Shown here: piece after piece, positions 49,467-60,207 of the stretch
Numbering within the stretch: position 1 is the stretch's first letter
Layout of the letters: the number at the start of each line of letters is the position of its first letter
Source: Phycisphaerales bacterium
GTDB taxonomy: Bacteria > Planctomycetota > Phycisphaerae > WQYP01
Length of the DNA stretch: 64,000 bases
Direction: 5' to 3'
NCBI GenBank assembly: GCA_027451365.1
Contig: DAIDJN010000056.1
Span: forward strand, 1 to 64,000
Program-made: the position numbers and the translations under genes
The notes under the pieces: generated by a model
The model's input: only the letters and a program-made list of their open reading frames with translations
What the model was told of the DNA's origin: nothing
Database searches by the model: none

Positions 49467-49919
49467 ATGACCGCCCGATATATGGATTCTGTTCCAATAC
49501 TTGGGAAGCAATGGACCATCCGCGGGTATATCTGGCGGATGGAGCCGCCGCGGACCACGCCCCTGTCTTTCATAGACATTGATACGTGTAAATATGTTGG
49601 CAAAATGCCGGATGGCGGCCTGCTGCTGGCTACGCCCGCCCCGCGGCCACCTGACCCGCAGGACCTGGAAAAGCTTGGCTTTTCGCGTCATACGCCTGTG
49701 TGGCCATGGGCGGTGCGGATGTACAACGGGGAAGATGAAAAAGCGCCGTTGGCAGTTCTGGATGACACCGGCCGCTATTTTCAACTTGAATCCTTTGGCG
49801 TATCCATACAGGACGAAACGCGCGATGAGGCAATGGACGCAACGGGCGACCGGCATCCGGTAATTTGCGAATTCCTGGTGGGCCAGACATCCGGTGCCCT
49901 GCGCATCTGTCCGGAATAG
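49467..49919 (+). CDS. hypothetical protein
   Basis: GGAG RBS; co-oriented with lysA; no recognisable motif. Confidence 0.55.
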   Translation: MTARYMDSVPILGKQWTIRGYIWRMEPPRTTPLSFIDIDTCKYVGKMPDGGLLLATPAPRPPDPQDLEKLGFSRHTPVWPWAVRMYNGEDEKAPLAVLDDTGRYFQLESFGVSIQDETRDEAMDATGDRHPVICEFLVGQTSGALRICPE

Positions 49920-49974
49920 GGACTTGCCGCCACTGGCCGCAAGGTTTTGCGATCATGCAATCTCCGAAATGATC

Positions 49975-50003
49975 TTGACGCTGGTCCTGTCCGCGGATAG
50001 TGT
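49975..50003 (+). promoter_or_regulatory. sigma70-like promoter TTGACG-N17-TAGTGT
   Basis: Read directly; lies about 70 bp upstream of the 19-aa ORF. Confidence 0.5.
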
Positions 50004-50072
50004 GGGCGGAGAAGTCATTGAGATGATTTTCGACGGGCGGAAATCAGGTACCCAAACAGACGGACAAACATT

Positions 50073-50132
50073 ATGAAAAAGAAAACGGTCAAAAAGAAGT
50101 ACGGCAAAAAGAAACGTGGCAAGCAGAGCTGA
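50073..50132 (+). CDS. 19-aa Lys-rich peptide MKKKTVKKKYGKKKRGKQS (not in ORF track)
   Basis: Open ATG..TGA frame with an upstream promoter motif; RBS weak. Confidence 0.5.
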   Translation: MKKKTVKKKYGKKKRGKQS

Positions 50133-50285
50133 CACGGATTTATTCCCGTGCGGCTTATTTCTTTTATCGCGGGTTCAGGCGGCTGGCGCCTGTTGCGGGC
50201 GTTGCCGGCACAGCCGCCCCGCGCACACGCAAAATGTGACGCTGCGCGATGGTGCCGCCCGTAGCCATATTCAAATGAAACGCCA

Positions 50286-51506
50286 TCAATCATTCTCCAG
50301 CGAAAAACGATTGGACGTCCATTCCGCCTTTGTGTCGGTCACAATGGGCGGTCGCATTGCCGCATCGGCGGGCGTCGGCAGCGGGGGTGTTGCGCTGGCC
50401 GGTTTGCGCCCGCGCCGCCGCTTGCGGACAGAGACTTCTGCGTCTTCCCGCGGCGGCAATGCGGATTGCGCAGCATTGGATTGAATATGTAACGATTGAT
50501 CCGCCGTGCCGTCCGGCATCAGATTCCGACTGTTGGCCGGTGTAATACGCCAGACCGCCGGATACAGGCCGGTGATCTGGCTATGACGCAATGGACGGCG
50601 AGGATAAACCGGGTTCAGCGGTACCAGCGTAAGATACGTGGCATCCGCATCAGGGGGTGCCTCGGCCGACCCGGCGGCAAATTCAATGCGCTTGAATGTG
50701 GTGGAAAAGTTTTCGGAATCATCCAGTCGTACCAGGCAGTCATCACCTTCCTGCGGGGTTTGCGTGGAGGAAAACACCACAATATCGCCCTGCTTGTAGC
50801 GGGGTTCCATGGAATCGCCTTCGATCCGCAGGGCGAAAAGGCCGGCATCCGGAGAGCCGGCTGCGGGTGATGCTTCAGATTCCGCAATTGTGTCCGCGGG
50901 TACCGGCACCGAGATGTAACTGTCCGCGATGCCGACGGGGTAATCAAGGTCGGTAAATTCCGCCGCATTGCCGGCGGCTACGCGGTTGATCAGCGGAATG
51001 CGCATCAACGGCACGACCGATGCTTCAGCTGAATATCGCGTGCCAGATTCCGGACCGGAGTCAGTCGATGATTGACCGACGGGTCGTGCAACCCTAAGAA
51101 GCTGGTCGAGGTCTACCGCGCCATCCGCGCGGCGCGGTACGTTTTCGCCGTGGGAACGAATCGCGGACCGGGGGCTTTCGGGCAGCGGCCGGGCGGAAAG
51201 CAGATTTCGCACAGTTTGCGGGGTGCGAAGCCAATCCGCCTGGGCGTTGAGCGATCCGGCCGGAAGGTTCAGCGACTTCTCCAGAAGTGCAAGTTTATCT
51301 GGTGCGGGTGGCCCACTCAGGCGGCCGGTTTCAATATTGGATAAATATGGCTTGCTGATACCGGTTGCCGCGGCCAATTGGTCCAGTGTCCAACCGACCG
51401 CGTGACGAAATTGGCGAAGATTCTGGCCGAAGGCAACCAGGCCTTCGGGCCTTGATTGTGTCAAAATATTCGTATCTTGCGGGTGAAGGTTTGGTGTGGA
51501 CGCCAT
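50286..51506 (-). CDS. XRE-HTH plus S24 peptidase (LexA/CI-like) repressor
   Basis: HTH LRQFR...TLDQLAAATGISKPYLSNIETG; IPLINRVAAG cleavage-site region; catalytic Ser (GDSMEP) and Lys (TFKRI); GGAGA RBS. Confidence 0.9.
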   Translation of the reverse strand: MASTPNLHPQDTNILTQSRPEGLVAFGQNLRQFRHAVGWTLDQLAAATGISKPYLSNIETGRLSGPPAPDKLALLEKSLNLPAGSLNAQADWLRTPQTVRNLLSARPLPESPRSAIRSHGENVPRRADGAVDLDQLLRVARPVGQSSTDSGPESGTRYSAEASVVPLMRIPLINRVAAGNAAEFTDLDYPVGIADSYISVPVPADTIAESEASPAAGSPDAGLFALRIEGDSMEPRYKQGDIVVFSSTQTPQEGDDCLVRLDDSENFSTTFKRIEFAAGSAEAPPDADATYLTLVPLNPVYPRRPLRHSQITGLYPAVWRITPANSRNLMPDGTADQSLHIQSNAAQSALPPREDAEVSVRKRRRGRKPASATPPLPTPADAAMRPPIVTDTKAEWTSNRFSLEND

Positions 51507-52137
51507 CGTCTATCTCCATCAATTGACCCAGACCAACCGATTGAACCGGTTAGCAGGCACAATACGACCGTCAAATTCGCGAATTTTGGATGATTCGCGG
51601 CAAAAACAAGCCAATTCTGGCGATAAGACCGCACAGAATATGTTTGTATGAAAACCAACATACATTGGAATCAGGAGTTTGTCAATATTTTCCCCAACCG
51701 TGGTTTATTTTTATAACTGCCACCATTTGCGAATGCGGCGACCGCGCAATTTCCAAAACCTGATCACTGGCTCCGTCGCCTGGCTTAGACAAACAGACTC
51801 GCGTGACAACCGTTCAGGGCTATCCCTGATGTTCGACTTCCCATCTATCGGGTTCGTATGATGCACTCCGTCTACCCGGCTTTTTCCGAGTTTGGATAAC
51901 AGGCGTGCACCAGAAACAGGCCGTTATTTCTGCCGCGTCAACAGGTCTTGAAGCCGGGCCGGATTATCAGGCGGCGGAGCGTTGATAAAGGGAAATACAG
52001 TTGCCGAAAAGCCGAATATATGAACTTATATTGTGAGATGAATTTATCATTTATAAAAGATTTTCTGATGCCTCGATCGCCTGGTATTCCCCTCGCACGG
52101 GGCCTGAACCGGCACCGGCACCCGGACCGGTGGCTGG

Positions 52138-52502
52138 ACCGCCGTGACCGGCGAAGGCTTAGCAGATCAATGTCTTCCAGCAGCATCGCGAGTTCACCGG
52201 TCTTGAACTTCACACGCGGCGAAGAGGGGTTCTCCACCGGGCGGGAAGCCGTAACGCGCCTTCCTCCAGCCGCTTGTACCAGATGGCCAGACCCTCACGA
52301 CCCAAAGTACAGTATTTTGAGGCGAACCCCGTGACGATCTGCGAACAAAAACAGGTCCCCTGATAACGGGTCCTGCCCCAGAGACTCGCGTGCCCATTGG
52401 GCCAGCGTGTCAAAGCCGCAACGCATATCCGTCGGTATCAGGCACAGAAAGTCCTGTACAGGTATCTGGCCATCCATGGCCCGCAGACTCGGAAGTGTGC
52501 AT
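52138..52502 (-). mobile_element. tnpB: degenerate IS66-family tnpB (accessory gene) remnant
   Basis: PTDMRCGFDTLA...DPLSGDLFLF..R....LKIL / EGLAIWYKRLEEG / ELAMLLEDIDL are split over three frames by frameshifts; no tnpC nearby. Confidence 0.85.
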
Positions 52503-52737
52503 CTTTCGGGCGGCCGGTTCCAGCCAGATTCGCCCGGATCGGCGCAGCCAGCGTCATTTCAACTCCTTGCGTAGCGGCATGTGAGTATACCCGCCGCGGG
52601 CAGTCTGTTCCAACGTGAGAGCGACCGGAATATCGGGCGATATGCCCGTGCCAGGACCGTCCTGATAAATCCCGAAGCCCACTGGGGCAACGGTGAACAG
52701 TTGGCCGACGTGGTATTCATCCCGTATACTTCCCGCC

Positions 52738-53727
52738 ATGCAAAAGGCCTGGTTTTATCTTCAGATGTGTATGGTGGGTCTGGTTCTGGCGACCGCCACG
52801 CGCAGCTTTGCCACACCACCCACCCGTCCCACCGCGCGCTGGCTGTTAAAAAACGGGGTCTGGGTGCCGCTGGTTCCCCCGAATCGCAATACTCCCGAAG
52901 GCCGCGTTGCAATCATGATTCAGAATTTCAACAACCGCCACTACAACCGCGTCACGGATCAGGCCAAATCCTGGTTGAAAAACAAGGCACTTAAAACCAA
53001 TCCGCTGGTGCCGGAGGTGCTGCTGCTGCGTGGCGACGCGTTTAACGCCATGGGGCAAAAATATGCCGCACTTTTCCCGTATGAAGACCTTCTGGATAAC
53101 TTTCCATCCAGTGCACTTTATGGTCCGTGCCTGCAACGGGAATACAATATTGCCATGGCTTTTTTAAGCGGCTACAAGCGGCGATTTCTGGGAATGCGTA
53201 TTCTGCCGGTGGATGGTGATGCGCTGCGGCTGCTGCGGCGCATTCAAGACCGCCAGCGCGGTTCACCTTTGGCGGAACTTTCCGGCATTACCGTTGCGGA
53301 TTATTATTACAAGAATGGCCGCTTTCAGCGGTCGTTTCAGTCTTACAGCGACTTTCTGCGGCGCTACCCCTACAGCCAGTTTGTGGTCAAGGCCACCATC
53401 CGCCAGTGTGAGGCGCTTCTGGCCACCTTTCGTGGCGTGCGATTTGATATGACCCCGCTGCACAATGCACAGGCGGAACTGGAAAATCTTCAGCAGGAAT
53501 ACCCGCAGCAGGCTTTGCGTATTCAGGCCAGGGCTATTGAGGCGCGAATTTATCAGATAGAAGGGAAGAAGGAACTTCAGATTGCACGGTTTTACATTCG
53601 ATTCAGCCACCCTAAGGCGGCACAGTTTTATTATCGTCGGGTTATTGCCGGCTGGCCGGATACCGTTTGGGCAACCAAGGCCCGCCGGGAATTAATCAAA
53701 CGTTTCGGCAAGGAGGCGGCCCCATGA
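52738..53727 (+). CDS. bamD: outer-membrane assembly factor BamD-like TPR protein
   Basis: Signal peptide; TPR units (YEDLLDNFPSS, VADYYY, FLRRYPYS, IARFY...AAQFYY..VI..WPDT); coupled to lptE. Confidence 0.75.
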   Translation: MQKAWFYLQMCMVGLVLATATRSFATPPTRPTARWLLKNGVWVPLVPPNRNTPEGRVAIMIQNFNNRHYNRVTDQAKSWLKNKALKTNPLVPEVLLLRGDAFNAMGQKYAALFPYEDLLDNFPSSALYGPCLQREYNIAMAFLSGYKRRFLGMRILPVDGDALRLLRRIQDRQRGSPLAELSGITVADYYYKNGRFQRSFQSYSDFLRRYPYSQFVVKATIRQCEALLATFRGVRFDMTPLHNAQAELENLQQEYPQQALRIQARAIEARIYQIEGKKELQIARFYIRFSHPKAAQFYYRRVIAGWPDTVWATKARRELIKRFGKEAAP

Positions 53728-54326
53728 TATTGCCCCCACAGCGATATCCGGATGGTTCCAGCCGGTGCGGCAGCGCGTATCGTCCGCCGCGTGAACGGTT
53801 ATCCCTTTTCACCGGACGCCGGTCTGCCATCGGCCGGATACTGGGCATATTTGCAATCGCGTCGGCCGGGCTTGCGCTGACGGGCTGCGGCTATACCGGT
53901 CAATCGTTGTATCCATCAGGAATTCACACGGTTGCAGTGCCGATCTGGAAAAACGATACCTTCCGCCACCAGATGGGTTTTCATCTGACCGAAGCAATTG
54001 ATAAAAACATTGAATCCAGAACACCCTATCGACTGGCATCGCTAAAACATGCGGATTCCGTCTTGCGCGGCACCATCGTGCAGGTTCAGGAAACACTGCT
54101 TTCCAACAGCTTTGAAACCAATCTTCCCCAGGAAACGCAGGTCACGGTGGTGGTGGACTTCACCTGGAAAGACCTGCGAACCGGTAAAATACTATCCGAA
54201 AGAAAGAAGTTCGCACGTTCGGCCAATACCATTCCTCAGATCGGCCAACAATTGTCCGATGCCGAACAGACTGCTATGGAAAAACTGGCACGCGCTATCG
54301 TGGCGCAAATGCAAAAGTCGTTCTGA
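53724..54326 (+). CDS. lptE: LPS-assembly lipoprotein LptE family
   Basis: Lipobox LTGCGY, IHTVAVPIWKN, ADSVLRGTI and LARAIV..M. Confidence 0.8.
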   Translation: MILPPQRYPDGSSRCGSAYRPPRERLSLFTGRRSAIGRILGIFAIASAGLALTGCGYTGQSLYPSGIHTVAVPIWKNDTFRHQMGFHLTEAIDKNIESRTPYRLASLKHADSVLRGTIVQVQETLLSNSFETNLPQETQVTVVVDFTWKDLRTGKILSERKKFARSANTIPQIGQQLSDAEQTAMEKLARAIVAQMQKSF

Positions 54327-54503
54327 AGAATCGGTCGTATATAAAACTCACCATTCACGATTTTCAGAATTTTGTTTCATTACACCGGCGGCGACATGTT
54401 ACCGGCAACGGCCCGCCGCCATTCGGAGCGCAGAAACCGGCCAACACCGGCTGCAGAGACTGATCCCCTTACCACTGGCCCGTGGCCACATCACGCACGG
54501 GAG

Positions 54504-55042
54504 TCATGGTAATGTCATTCGTTGGCTGGCGTATTCAAAATTACCAAAGCAATGCAGCGCATCTGGAGATGTATCCCCGTTCTGATATTCTTTGGATCGT
54601 TCTGTGGCCACTGGATCGCCGGGACAGATAAACAATCCCGGTGCCGCCAAATCCTGCATCACCAATGCCCACATGCACGCCAAAGCCGAGCCGCATTGGG
54701 TCGCTTTGCCGCCAGCCCGGTAATAGCCTTTGATAACATCTTCCGCAGTTTGATGATCCCATTTTCGCGTTGTATCCACCCCATTTATAGAAATACCTGT
54801 TGCCAGTGGCCTTACCACGGGAAATTGTCCGTGATTGCTTTGGGCGTAAATTTCCATCGCCTGGATAATGCCGCGAACATTGACAGCGCACAGCAGTCGC
54901 TTTGTTTTTTCCCGGGCATGCATCCGCAGCTCTCGCTGGACATGGCAGCGATCACGAGGAATGCGGCCAAAGACAGGAGAATCAAGACTGCAACAAATTC
55001 GGTGCGTGTGAAAGCTCCGGATTTCCGCCAATGGATTCTCAT
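54504..55042 (-). pseudogene. frameshifted, truncated prepilin-type/DUF1559-like paralog
   Basis: GAFTRTEFVAVLILL in one frame; AREK..R..C..NVRGIIQAMEIYAQSNH...CMWALV......FICPGDP in another; premature stop before the H-X9-DG motif; similar to 60448-61491. Confidence 0.75.
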
Positions 55043-55153
55043 CGGTTGTCTAAAAAAAATGACCATGCAATGTGGCCCAATTCGCAGACAATGGTCGGAA
55101 AAACAAGGTGCCATAAACGCGCTTGCGGCACCCGGCCGCAATCGAGAATTTAA

Positions 55154-57424
55154 TTAAGGACCAGCGCGATTGAGCAATCTGGTGACCTGGGCATGATACA
55201 CGCGCATCGCTGGTCCGTGGGCAATCTTCAACGTGCAGTGCGACAGCACGACGTTGCGGGCGTTGACAATTTTCATGCCACTAAGGGCCGTAATCGACAC
55301 GTTCTTCAAATACACCCCGCGAATCGGCATTTCCGGCACGCCAATAATTTCGCCCGCCATTCGGCTGCCGGTCGCCCGAACGTTATCGATATCAATATTA
55401 CGCCATACTGGCGTGCGGCTGGTGATCGGTAATGCCTTGTCATCCTGGGCATTTTTCGGAACTTTCAAATAATAACTGACAATCTGTATCGGCATTTTAA
55501 CATCCGTCATCTTCAGATGCGAATACACCAGGTCGCGCACCACGCCGCCACGAAGCCGGTTGGATTTCAGCCGGATGCCGGCGTCGGTACGGTCAAACAG
55601 ACAATGCGTGACGGTTAAATTCCGCAGTCCGCCATAGGTAACAGACCCCACCGACATGCCATGTCCATGGTCGAAAGTACAATTCCGGATCAGAAAATTT
55701 TCACACGATGGACGTTGCCATGTCGACTTGCCAGCGGCCTTAATGGCAATGCAATCGTCTCCTTCATCAAACCGACAACCGGTGATCAGGTAGTTCCAGC
55801 CGGAAGGATCGATGCCGTCTGTGTTCGGAGAATGCTGCGGTGCCCGAATGGTCAGGCCGGCAATGACCACATCCCGGCATTCCTGCGGGAAAAGATGAAA
55901 GCTGGGCGAATTTTCCAGCGTTACATTGGAAACCAGCACGCGGCGGCAATGGCGCAGCACCACCAGTTGCGGGCGGCGCATGGGAACCGGTGTGGGCGCA
56001 GAGTGTTGGCGTTTGGCTGCCCAGGCAATCCGCCACCACGGCCGCCCCTGGCCATCCAGCACGCCGTGGCCCGTAATTGCAATATCATGGGCATTCGTTG
56101 CCTCTAGACAGGGCTCGACATAACCCGGACCTTTCGCATAATCGGCCGGGTCTGTGGCAAACTGCAGCCTGCATCCCTTTTTCAGATGCAGATTGATATC
56201 ACTGTAAAGCGTCAGCGGACCGGTCAGATAATTTCCCGGACCGATGACCACTTCGCCACCGCCCGCCTGATGGCAGATATCCAGCACATTCTGCAGAAGA
56301 CGGGTTTGCGGCTGACTTAAATCGGGCTTCAGATGATAGTCCGCCATTGCAAATACCTGGGCGGGAATTCGCGGACCGCTGACTGCCAGAATTTCCGGCA
56401 GCAATGTCCTCTGGACGCGCTTTTCCGGATTCCACCCGTCATTTCCCGCCAAAACATGCCGCAGGGTCAGACGCGCTGCCTGCGCGGAAGTCAGAATGCG
56501 CGTCCAGGCCGCAATGTGTTTTGGGTGCCAGCCGGGTCCGCGGTTGGCGTATTGCGCGTAGCGAACGGTCTTTTTATCCATCGGATTGTGATGCCAGGTG
56601 ATCCACGCCGATGGCGCAATGCCCGCGGGCAGCCAAGTGTGCATGAACACCACATGGGCATATTGCCGCCATGGTCGGCCCAGCACCACGCTGCCCGGTC
56701 CGGTCAGGGCATCAAGTTTGCAATGGTTAAACACAAATCCGTCGGTCGCGCCCCGCGGTGTGCGCGCCGCGGTAACAAAACCATGGCCGAGGCAGTGAAT
56801 CAGGCAATGATTAAAGTAATCCGTCCCGGCGCCAAAGATAAAATCGGTCGCGCCGGAAATGGTGCAGTTCTCAAAATATTGCCGGTTTTTAGACACCAGG
56901 ACCGTGTCCTGCCAGCCGATGAAGCGGCAATGAAAAAATATGCAACGGTCGGCATCCACACGCAGCGCCAATGCCTGGCCGGTATTTCCCGCGGAATTGA
57001 CCATGGTGATGTTGGCGGCCGAAAAGCGATTGGCGCGAACCCAGACTGTGGGTGTGGCAAACGTGCCGATCGGTTTGCCGTTGGCGCCTTTCGCATTCGC
57101 ATTCAATGAAAACGTGATGATCGTATGGCGGGTTTGCCCGTCTTCCCCCAGAAAAGTCAGCGGTGGCAAATGCGGCCCCACCACCACACGCTGCGTGTAA
57201 ACGCCCGGCTTGATGAAAACAATCACCGGCACTTTTGTGCCGGGTTTAATGGAATCCACCGCGCGCTGCACCGACCGGAACTGGCCGGAGCCATTTTTCG
57301 CAACGGTTATCCAGTTTGCGGCGCCTGCCCGGGCGATTCCGGTACACGCTATCCAAAAGAATAAACCCGCGGTGCTCAGCATGACCGCGGCCCGAGCGAA
57401 TCGATTGTGGATATGGGCAACCAT
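55154..57424 (-). CDS. secreted bifunctional pectin methylesterase (CE8) plus polygalacturonase (GH28) fusion
   Basis: Signal peptide; CE8 motifs QALAL, WQDT, DFIFG and LGRPW; GH28 motifs NTDG, GDDC, GHG and RLK. Confidence 0.92.
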   Translation of the reverse strand: MVAHIHNRFARAAVMLSTAGLFFWIACTGIARAGAANWITVAKNGSGQFRSVQRAVDSIKPGTKVPVIVFIKPGVYTQRVVVGPHLPPLTFLGEDGQTRHTIITFSLNANAKGANGKPIGTFATPTVWVRANRFSAANITMVNSAGNTGQALALRVDADRCIFFHCRFIGWQDTVLVSKNRQYFENCTISGATDFIFGAGTDYFNHCLIHCLGHGFVTAARTPRGATDGFVFNHCKLDALTGPGSVVLGRPWRQYAHVVFMHTWLPAGIAPSAWITWHHNPMDKKTVRYAQYANRGPGWHPKHIAAWTRILTSAQAARLTLRHVLAGNDGWNPEKRVQRTLLPEILAVSGPRIPAQVFAMADYHLKPDLSQPQTRLLQNVLDICHQAGGGEVVIGPGNYLTGPLTLYSDINLHLKKGCRLQFATDPADYAKGPGYVEPCLEATNAHDIAITGHGVLDGQGRPWWRIAWAAKRQHSAPTPVPMRRPQLVVLRHCRRVLVSNVTLENSPSFHLFPQECRDVVIAGLTIRAPQHSPNTDGIDPSGWNYLITGCRFDEGDDCIAIKAAGKSTWQRPSCENFLIRNCTFDHGHGMSVGSVTYGGLRNLTVTHCLFDRTDAGIRLKSNRLRGGVVRDLVYSHLKMTDVKMPIQIVSYYLKVPKNAQDDKALPITSRTPVWRNIDIDNVRATGSRMAGEIIGVPEMPIRGVYLKNVSITALSGMKIVNARNVVLSHCTLKIAHGPAMRVYHAQVTRLLNRAGP

Positions 57425-57623
57425 TACAAACTCCTGCCCGGGATATCGGGCATCAGAAAAGCCGCTTTTTGGGGCCGGTGGTCAGAACCGTCAGGCCGCC
57501 GGCGTCCCTCGCCGGAATGCCGCCGCGCTTCGGTCGCAGTGGCCGCCGCAAGAAAATGAATAATAATACATATAAACATGATATATGCTCAACTGAAATG
57601 TGGTGCCGCGTCCGTTGGCGGAA

Positions 57624-59009
57624 TCAGGGCGTCGGCAGACCGGTGTGAAGATTAATTCCGCGGATCCCCGCGGAGAAAGCCATTATCGCCGGACCCCGCG
57701 CCGCGGAAATAGTGGACCGGACAAACCGCACCGCGCGGGCGTTGATAATGGTAAACCCGCGATCCGCTTTAATGTGCACATGATCGAATACAATATCGGA
57801 TGCGGGAAGTCGGGCAAGGGCGGAAATTCTGCCCGCATGCACCGCCTTTACCGCGGTTATATTGCGGAACAACACATGTTGCCAGACAGGCAAATGCCGC
57901 CGGGTCCGCAACGCCGGAATCTGCGAAGGAACCTTCGGCTTTGCGGGATAAAAGCTGTTAATGAAAAATGGCAGCCGGACATCAGTCATTTTCAAATTCT
58001 CATACACCAGGTCTTCCGTCAGGCCGCCGTAGCCCGGACCGGCCTTCAGGCGAATGCCGCGGTGGGTATGGTCAAAGGTGCAGTCCCGCACCACCACATA
58101 CCGCAGGCATCCGTTGGTTTGTCCGCCGACCGACATGCCATGGCCATGCCGGAACACGCAATGTGTGATCAGGAAATGTTCACACGATGGATGAGCGGGT
58201 GTGCCGTTCCGCGCACCGGCCTTAATGGCGATGCAGTCGTCCCCTTCATCAAATGTGCAACCGGTAATGTAATAGTTGTGCCCGGAAGGATCCAGGGCAT
58301 CGGTATTTTCCGCGGTGGGCGGGGCGGTAATGATGACGTTCCGTATGACCACATCATTGCATCCACCCGGCACCAGATGAAACATGGGAGAATTCTCCAG
58401 GTGCACATCGGCTACCAGAAGGCGTGTGCAATCGGTGATGCGCACCAGCATGGGCCGGTGTGGAAGTCTGGGCGGATGTTCATGGCCTTTCCGCTTGCGA
58501 TACAGCGGCCACCAGGCCTGGCCCTGACCGTCAATGGTGCCATGGCCGGTAATTGCCAGATCGTGGCAATGATATGCTGAAATGCAGTCCTGGTATCCTG
58601 GATGGGCACGGCCTTGGATTTTCCGGTGGGGCATATAATCCTGAAAATGTGTCGTCATCAGCAGCATGGCACCTCTGGCCAGATGCAGATTCATGGCACT
58701 GGCCAGCACAATTGGCCCGCTTAGGTAACGCCCGGCGGGAATCAGCACTTCGCCACCGCCGGCTTTTTCACAGGCGTTTATGGTGGTCTGAATGGCATGG
58801 GTGCAAAGCGTGTGGCCGCCGGAACGCGCGCCGAAGCTGGTAACGCTGAACACCCGGTGGCTGATGCGCGGCAGGTCCCGCCGCGCCATACGATGGATGG
58901 ACTGTTCCATCGGCTTAACCCAGCTGGGAACGGCCCCCAATGCTGGAACAGACGCAAGACCGGCAAGCAGAAGAACGGATAGCCGCATCCGGGTCATATA
59001 GCCTTCCAT
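57624..59009 (-). CDS. secreted GH28 polygalacturonase
   Basis: Signal peptide; FSVTSFGA, NTDA, GDDC, GHG and RLK. Confidence 0.92.
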   Translation of the reverse strand: MEGYMTRMRLSVLLLAGLASVPALGAVPSWVKPMEQSIHRMARRDLPRISHRVFSVTSFGARSGGHTLCTHAIQTTINACEKAGGGEVLIPAGRYLSGPIVLASAMNLHLARGAMLLMTTHFQDYMPHRKIQGRAHPGYQDCISAYHCHDLAITGHGTIDGQGQAWWPLYRKRKGHEHPPRLPHRPMLVRITDCTRLLVADVHLENSPMFHLVPGGCNDVVIRNVIITAPPTAENTDALDPSGHNYYITGCTFDEGDDCIAIKAGARNGTPAHPSCEHFLITHCVFRHGHGMSVGGQTNGCLRYVVVRDCTFDHTHRGIRLKAGPGYGGLTEDLVYENLKMTDVRLPFFINSFYPAKPKVPSQIPALRTRRHLPVWQHVLFRNITAVKAVHAGRISALARLPASDIVFDHVHIKADRGFTIINARAVRFVRSTISAARGPAIMAFSAGIRGINLHTGLPTP

Positions 59010-59169
59010 CAGAAATTCCTTTCGGCAGAATGGAACATGAATAACAGTCTGGATAACCCGCATTTCACCGCTCCAGCCAATTCAAGCAACCCGAATCTGC
59101 GGACGCGCCGGTAAAATCTGCGTATGGTCTGCGCCGGCAATCGGCGGAATTTGCCGACTGCGTTTCTTT

Positions 59170-60207
59170 TCATTTGCGCAGCTTCGTGGTGGTCTGGTTC
59201 ACCAGCAATTTTTCCGCGGGAAGCGGATTCCACCCATCGCTTCCGGCCAGCACATGGCGCACGGAAAAGCCTTGGGCGGCCTGCGGCTTTAATTGGCCTA
59301 TCCAGCCTGGAATTGGCCCGATCCCTTTGCCGGTATCGGCATATTCAATAAAACGGGCGGTTTCAGGATTTTTTTTGTCGTTCCAGTGTTGCCAGCGGGT
59401 TTTGTTGATTGCGGCTGGCATGCGGCAATGCAGCCAGGCGACGGCGGCATACGGTCCCCAGGGCCTTCCCAGCCAGGTATGGCCCTTGCCCGCAAGCGAC
59501 TGCACCACGCAGTGCCAGAAAACAAAACCAAATGGCGCATTTTGCGGTGTGCGCGCCGCGGTGATGCAGCCATAACCCAGCGACGTGATTCGACAATGAT
59601 TAAAAAATGCCGTCGCATTGCCAAAAATAAAATCCACCGCGCCCAGAATGTGACACCGGTCAAAATACTGGCGGTTTTTGTTGAGTAGAATTGTGTCCTG
59701 CCAGCCCAGAAAGCGGCACCGATAAAAAATAGCTTTATCGCCATCCACGCGAATCGCCAGTGCCTGACCGTTGTAGCCATTGCCGGAAAGGCCGGCATCG
59801 TTGGCGAACGTCAAATTCGCCGCAGAAAAATTGTTGGCCCTCACCCACACACTTGCGGTGTGGAAGGTGCCCAATTCCTTCCCATCTGGACCTTTGTCGT
59901 GCGCAATAAGCGAATATACCAGCAGCGTATCACGCGCGTTTGTTCCCAGCAGGGTAATGGGCGGCAGGTGCCGCGGAATTATCAGATGTTCATGATAAAT
60001 GCCCGGTCGGATCATGATCGTCACCGGCGCATCGCTGTTTTTTGGAATCGCAGCTATCGCAGCGGAAACCGTGGTAAACCGCCCCTTCTGGCCATGCGGA
60101 GCAACGATAAGAACCGTCGGCGGCGCGGCGGTCAGGGATGGCAGGCTGGCAGGTGAAAAGGCTGCGCCACCAGACAACAATAATCCCAGGGAAATCAGCC
60201 ATTTCAT
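59170..60207 (-). CDS. secreted pectin methylesterase (CE8)
   Basis: Signal peptide; PGIYHE, QALAI, WQDT, DFIFG and LGRPW. Confidence 0.93.
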   Translation of the reverse strand: MKWLISLGLLLSGGAAFSPASLPSLTAAPPTVLIVAPHGQKGRFTTVSAAIAAIPKNSDAPVTIMIRPGIYHEHLIIPRHLPPITLLGTNARDTLLVYSLIAHDKGPDGKELGTFHTASVWVRANNFSAANLTFANDAGLSGNGYNGQALAIRVDGDKAIFYRCRFLGWQDTILLNKNRQYFDRCHILGAVDFIFGNATAFFNHCRITSLGYGCITAARTPQNAPFGFVFWHCVVQSLAGKGHTWLGRPWGPYAAVAWLHCRMPAAINKTRWQHWNDKKNPETARFIEYADTGKGIGPIPGWIGQLKPQAAQGFSVRHVLAGSDGWNPLPAEKLLVNQTTTKLRK

